Assembly: GCA_013115145.1 (NCBI GenBank)
Contig: JAAPAO010000358.1
Location: forward strand, 1 to 36,814
DNA from: Perkinsus chesapeaki ATCC PRA-425
Taxonomy: Eukaryota > Protista > Perkinsozoa
Direction: 5' to 3'
Length of the DNA: 36,814 bases
Under the pieces are notes generated by a model. That model had not been told where the DNA came from. It worked only from the letters and a program-made list of their open reading frames with translations, and ran no database searches. Shown here in pieces: positions 31,740 through 36,814 of the stretch (positions are counted from its first letter, which is position 1; each line of letters begins with the position of its first letter). The position numbers and the translations under genes were made by a program.

Positions 31740-33960
31740 TTAACATCTAATTTCTCCGCTACTTGTGGCTGAACCACAAAAGCTGCTTCCGTTCGTCGAG
31801 TCATTTGGGAGCTTTAAATCTTTCTCTTTCACAACATCATCCGAAGACTCCTGAAGAAAATAAATTTAGATCACCGATGAATATACCCTCCTCCGCAAAA
31901 GATTAATCTTGTTTTATGAGTCTATTTAGGTATGTGCGAGATAAGAGGCAACTCAAAGGTTGAAGCAGGAAAGATTCATCGAAGGTTAACCAGTTGACCT
32001 CCTCTCACCTCCTTCGGCTTCCATAAAGTCATCAGAGATACGCCAGCAATTACAAAAAACATACCTGAAAAAATGATAAGATCGAACAGTAAACCAAAAA
32101 CTGACAAGTCAACAGATATCGAAAAAACTTTCGTACATACGCTCCGAATAATTTCGCGGAAAATTTCTGAAAATTTCTTACCAATTATTTTTGGCGTTCC
32201 AGGAACAAGTCCGAGTAGGACCCAATTAAGCAATAAGACAACTATCGAATTCGATGCCGCTATGACGTTAACCACTGCTGTTGAGGGGTAAATGAGCGCA
32301 CGGTTGAGGGCAAGGACACCGACGGCTTGGGATGCACCCGATACCATTGGCCAGATGTACCTGGTGAATCAACCGTTTGGGTATCATGCACGCATCAGGC
32401 TAAGATAGAGAGGATCAATCAGTGACGAGAAAATGCTATCTCGGGATGACAAGTGCAACAACCAGGAGAGCAGATCGATCGTATACATGCAATTAATCCA
32501 CAACAACCAATACGTATCCAAGCTTGAAGCGTGCAGGATACAAAATACGCCAACTTACATATCAGCCCACAAATATGAGTTTGACACAATCAATCCTCCA
32601 TTAAATCCAGCCGAAGCAAGCGCAACTAGTCCCATGAAGAACATTACACCCATTCGGCCAATGAATCCCGACCTAAAACAAAAATGGTAAACAAAAATCG
32701 CTTCGCTCCGCCCAATCCTTACCAGGCGTCTATTCCGTCGATACAAGAGCTTCGGATGCAGACTATACTAGCCGCAAAACTGAGCATTCCAAGTATGGCG
32801 TAGATGAATCCAAGTGGACTTCCACCAGAGCTCGAGTCGAATGAGGCACCCATTACGATGAGACCTGAAAGATATCTCAAGTCGAGCGTGCAAGATACAA
32901 AATGGGTCGGAAGTTACAGACAAAAGCATTCAGGCTGAGTACTCGAAAATATCCTCGGTTGGAGCGTGCAAGATACACAATAGGTCGAAGAAAAATCCTA
33001 CCGGTTAGCACGACTAATATTGCTATTGCCTGCGTCCACGATAGCTTCTCATTGTACACAAAATGACAGTAAACGCCAATAACCTGAAAAGAAAGAACAT
33101 AACCTTCCGGAGCAAAATAGATACTTTAAACGCCGTCAAGAAATCGAATAGAGCCCAATATTAGAAAGATGACCCCAACAAAGGGCGGAAACATTTCTCC
33201 CTAAATAAAAACTGCTTGCGAAAACCGCACTCAAAAGGAGCGTAGAAGCGATTCACTTTGAAGAATTTCTTTGGAATTTTTGGGGTGGTAAGGTATTACT
33301 AGTATATCGGAGGAGATGACAGCAGTGAGCGGCCCTGATGCGGCTGGGTCGGTAGCAAACGCCCACTTCATCATTAGTTGGGACAAACCAACACAGATAC
33401 CTGACAGAAGATAATGATACATAGAAAGGGAGGATGTAGCTACCTCCCACTAACGTGAGTATCTTAGCTCGAAGCGAGATTTCGGCAGGCGGCTGATGCT
33501 TTTCGCCATTGGAAAGGTAGACGTATCCTGCCTCGGCGAGCTCGGGACTGCAAGTCGAGCTTTTTTGGATCTTTTGGGATTCCAGAAAGTCAGCAGTAAA
33601 GAAGACTCTACCAATTTTAAACCTGAGAAAAGGTATCTTGGGTTGAAGCGTACAAGATCCGTAAAAAGCTGACTTATTGCCTAGAGCAGAACGACGAAAA
33701 TTATATCGATAACTGATAACGGTAACTTCGAAACCCGACGTATCTTAGGTTCAAGCGAGCACGATACATAATAGGTCAGCTTACCAAAAGTAAACTCCAG
33801 TTAGTACTCCTATCAATCCCGAAGTGAACCATATCCATCCAATGACCGCCCAAGGGTCGATACCATCAACATTAGTGTACGATATCAAAAAGTTAGTCAG
33901 GCCGAACGTAACGTTGGAGATGACGGACCAGCCGACGCAGTAGGGGGAGACCTTCACCAT
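31740..33960 (-). CDS. EamA/DMT-like multi-pass membrane transporter, paralog B (about 9 exons, apparently complete)
   Basis: MVKVSPYCVGWSVISNVTFGLTNFLISY...GICVGLSQLMMKWAFATDPAASGPLTAVISSDIL...YNEKLSWTQAIAILVVLTG...YPSTAVVNVIAASNSIVV...GMFFVIAGVSLMTLWKPKE|ESSDD...IRC*. Two EamA-like halves; splice phases are consistent. Confidence 0.85.
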
Positions 33961-35761
33961 AGATGCAAGTTATAGAGTGGAACTTCTGATGGAAAAAGCG
34001 TAATAGAGAGGTTCGTAATAACTAGCGCGCTCTAGCAGTGTGGAAAAGGGACAAAGTAATTTTGTGGCGCGCGACATAAAAATGCTTGAAGCTTACCGCT
34101 CGAACTCAATCCGTCACTAAATTCCTTACTCGGACACTCCCAATGTTCATTAAACCAATTCCGGGATTCAGAATCGATTCCAGCATCGTATTTTGCGTGT
34201 AAAAGGAGTTCTGGAATCGATTCTCAATTTCAAAATCGGTTCATTGAACGATCCCACTAGGTTTTCTATTTTCTAGCTTAGTTGGGCGAGCGGCCTTCTA
34301 TGAACCCTTTGACGCAGGTTCTATTCCCAGGTGCGCTATTTTCTGCAAAAATTTCCGGCTTTCTCTGCGCGCTGAGCCGGGTGTTCTGCCAGAATGTGGG
34401 ATGCTCAGGGTTCCAATGGTGGTATTTGTACACTCTTATCTTTGACCCAGTGTTGCGTTCCACTAGTGGCCTTGGAAAACGAGACCATAGTAATATTAGG
34501 AGTAGCAACTATCCGTTCCCTATCCGCATCACTGGGGTAAGCATCTGCAGCACCGTAGCTGTAAATCGTCAATAAACTCCAACTGCGTAGTATGTAGAAG
34601 TATAACAAGTTAGTCGAAGTACACCACCCACTCAGATCCAACTCAATAACAGTCATTGCGGTAACAGAATCGCATGACATGCAATTTGCATGGATTACAA
34701 TACTTCACGCATTGAAACACTCCATTAAAATGAAATCTCATCGAATACGGGATTACGGGAGGGAACAGCAATACTCAACCCGAAGCCCGGACGCTAGGTT
34801 ATCTCTGGGTTCAAAGCCTGAACTCCATCAACACCCGGCGTTCCAGAATAGGTGAGTAGTGTGTTTCCAATGTCAGTCTAATCTTGACCTCGAACTAAAG
34901 GAGTGAGGAAACCCCAGGTGCCGAGCACTGTTCAAGGTTTATTAGCAATAGGCTAGACATCGCCGTACTCAAGATCTTTCACACAAAACAAAAAAAATGT
35001 CCGTCGAAGTCCACTCGACAATGCTCCAGGCCCGGCTCGGCCGATACGGCCGTACCATGTGCCCAGAGGTGAACTGATAGTATCGCTGGATTTGCACGCG
35101 TGCCCCCAGCTGCACGCACAGGTTGTGTCGGATGTCTATTTTGTGTGGGGTTGCACAGTAACCTTACCAGTGCGCAAACCCTCTATTCGCGATATTTCAC
35201 TACCGCTACAGTCCAATTCTCCTTCCGCTAACCAGAGCTACACCTGTTCGACCTTTTGGCACCAGACTGTTATCGACCTCGCAACTCTACACAGTTTCCT
35301 ATCTGATTACTCGCATCCTCAGCTGTGACAATCTACGAGTCCTGAAATCATTTCTGCAAAATGTGTCACAATCGACGTTACTGATCAAATCACTACGAGT
35401 CGCTCTCACGCGAGTTTGACTCGCATATTGAACGCGATGCTCGATCAACACATAGTATTCAAGCGCATGTGAAATAACACTCGAGATTTTGGATATTTGA
35501 GCTTCTACTATCAATTCCGAACCAATGCAAACTCGCAAGTCGACTGGTACTCCTATCAGGCTTCCCCCACATTACATCCAAAAGCCAGCTCAACCTCAAC
35601 CCGAATCCAAGCCAAGTGCGTGTACTAGATCTAAGGCCAAGCCGGAGCCTCGATCGAGTGAAACCTGGCCCAGACAAGTGGATACAAGCGGTTTGAAAAG
35701 AAGTCGGGCCGTACTAGTTGATGAAGACCCGGTTATCGATGATCCTATTGATGACAACTTC

Positions 35762-36002
35762 TCGGCAAGTTGCCGACGGCAACCACACCGGGCAGACTAG
35801 GGTCTTACCAATAGCTTATGCGCCTGGCTCGAGTCCGCGCGCTGCATGATGCAGCCTGCGTCCACGGTAGTCCACAATATGGAGGCTTTTACCGGGCTCC
35901 GTGCACTACAACAGCCCACATTAAATACCAATAGTCAGCTAGACAAAAGGGTACAAGGTGAGACCTGTACGGCTGATGACCTTGTAAGTTACAAGTTGTA
36001 AC
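35762..36002. other. Three 22-bp double palindromes at 35762-35783, 35841-35862 (one mismatch) and 35981-36002
   Basis: T CGGCAA[G]TTGCCG[A]CGGCAA C; G CTGCAT[G]ATGCAG[C]CTGCGT C; C TTGTAA[G]TTACAA[G]TTGTAA C. Confidence 0.7.
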
Positions 36003-36246
36003 AAGGTCTCCAACAAGATACTTGCTGGAGACTCCAAAATAAGGTAAGTTGGTCTGTGCGAACAAGCCTGGAATTCGTTAATACCAACGATATAGTAGCT
36101 TGCTGTCGGCTTCCTCGAGAATTTATCAGACAGCGAACTTGATCGTGTTCTGAAACCCGAATTTACCGGAGATTCCAGTCAATGCGAATCCTTGCGCAAT
36201 GATCCGCGGCACATCAGCAGTCAAAGTATTTTCAAAGAACCAGTTA

Positions 36247-36520
36247 TCAGCAGAAAGAATGTGGATAATACCGGCAAAATGCCCGAGGCACCTGGCAGAC
36301 ATAAGGTGCATCAAACGGCGGGCAACGGATCAACAAACACCAGACTGGCGTTTGTTGCCCGGACAACACATCTAGACTGAGTCTAGATGTGAATGGAGCA
36401 TCGAACTTCATCCCGTCTGGTATCCTGAGGTAATCTAATCGAGACCTAGCACTCGAATAATTGTTATCATTCAAGTTAAAAACCCTCAACTCCTTAAGCA
36501 CAGAGCAGCTGGATAACCTC
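36247..36520 (-). pseudogene. Possible LRR-like coding fragment
   Basis: RLSSCSVLKELRVFNLNDNNY..RLDYLRI resembles an LRR strand. A stop lies upstream and a palindrome (36367-36391) sits inside the frame. Confidence 0.25.
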
Positions 36521-36597
36521 GTCGATGTTATAAATCAGGAATTTACCGAGTGTTCAGTTGCGCATGGAATAATTATCAGGGATAGTATTCAGTCGGT

Positions 36598-36619
36598 ATC
36601 CAGACTCTGGATTCCAGAG
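36598..36619. other. 22-bp double palindrome (inferred TSD ATCCAGAG)
   Basis: A TCCAGA[C]TCTGGA[T]TCCAGA G. Confidence 0.7.
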
Positions 36620-36814
36620 TAAGCGCCGAGTACAAAATCATACAGTTCTACCAACTCATGCGCGATAGTTGCCTTTCGTAAAATCTCATCGAACACGGGA
36701 GTGCGGGAGGAATACTCAAACCCGGAACCCGAACACACTCCAAAGTTGAGCGGGAAGAGGTTTCGGTTTGGGTATCCATGTCAAAGCAGCAAGTGACCCA
36801 AGGCAAATCTAGGG

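Noticed and set aside
34278-35800. ORFs 34278-34508 (-) and 35525-35800 (+)
   Set aside because: No recognisable domain or consistent splice model; left unannotated.

Overview
Eukaryotic genomic DNA with many short GT-AG introns. The lineage is inferred to be a Perkinsus-like alveolate, from the Cys-rich 'C..C...GLYW...PVxC' modules, the alveolate-type U1-70K N-terminus and the gene architecture; I could not verify this by search. 1-8.3 kb is accessory: the 3' part of an RNase H-bearing non-LTR retrotransposon abuts a truncated poly-Thr mucin-like paralog, followed by an intact Cys-rich mucin-like gene and a probable hAT remnant. 8.4-34 kb is a minus-strand cluster: F-box/LRR protein, U1 snRNP 70K, hypothetical proteins, a helical-repeat (HPR/OPR-like) protein and two EamA/DMT-like transporter paralogs. 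Exon models were assembled by hand and are partial. No CRISPR array, rRNA or intact tRNA was found. The strongest unexplained signals are: (1) eleven 22-bp 'double palindromes' of fixed geometry matching hAT excision footprints on 8-bp target duplications; (2) a repeat family that makes up most or all of several introns in unrelated genes, in both orientations (introner-like); (3) a length-conserved 28-bp hairpin element, 17 copies, mostly intronic or near splice acceptors; (4) further intron micro-motifs and 10-bp-periodic A/T tracts.
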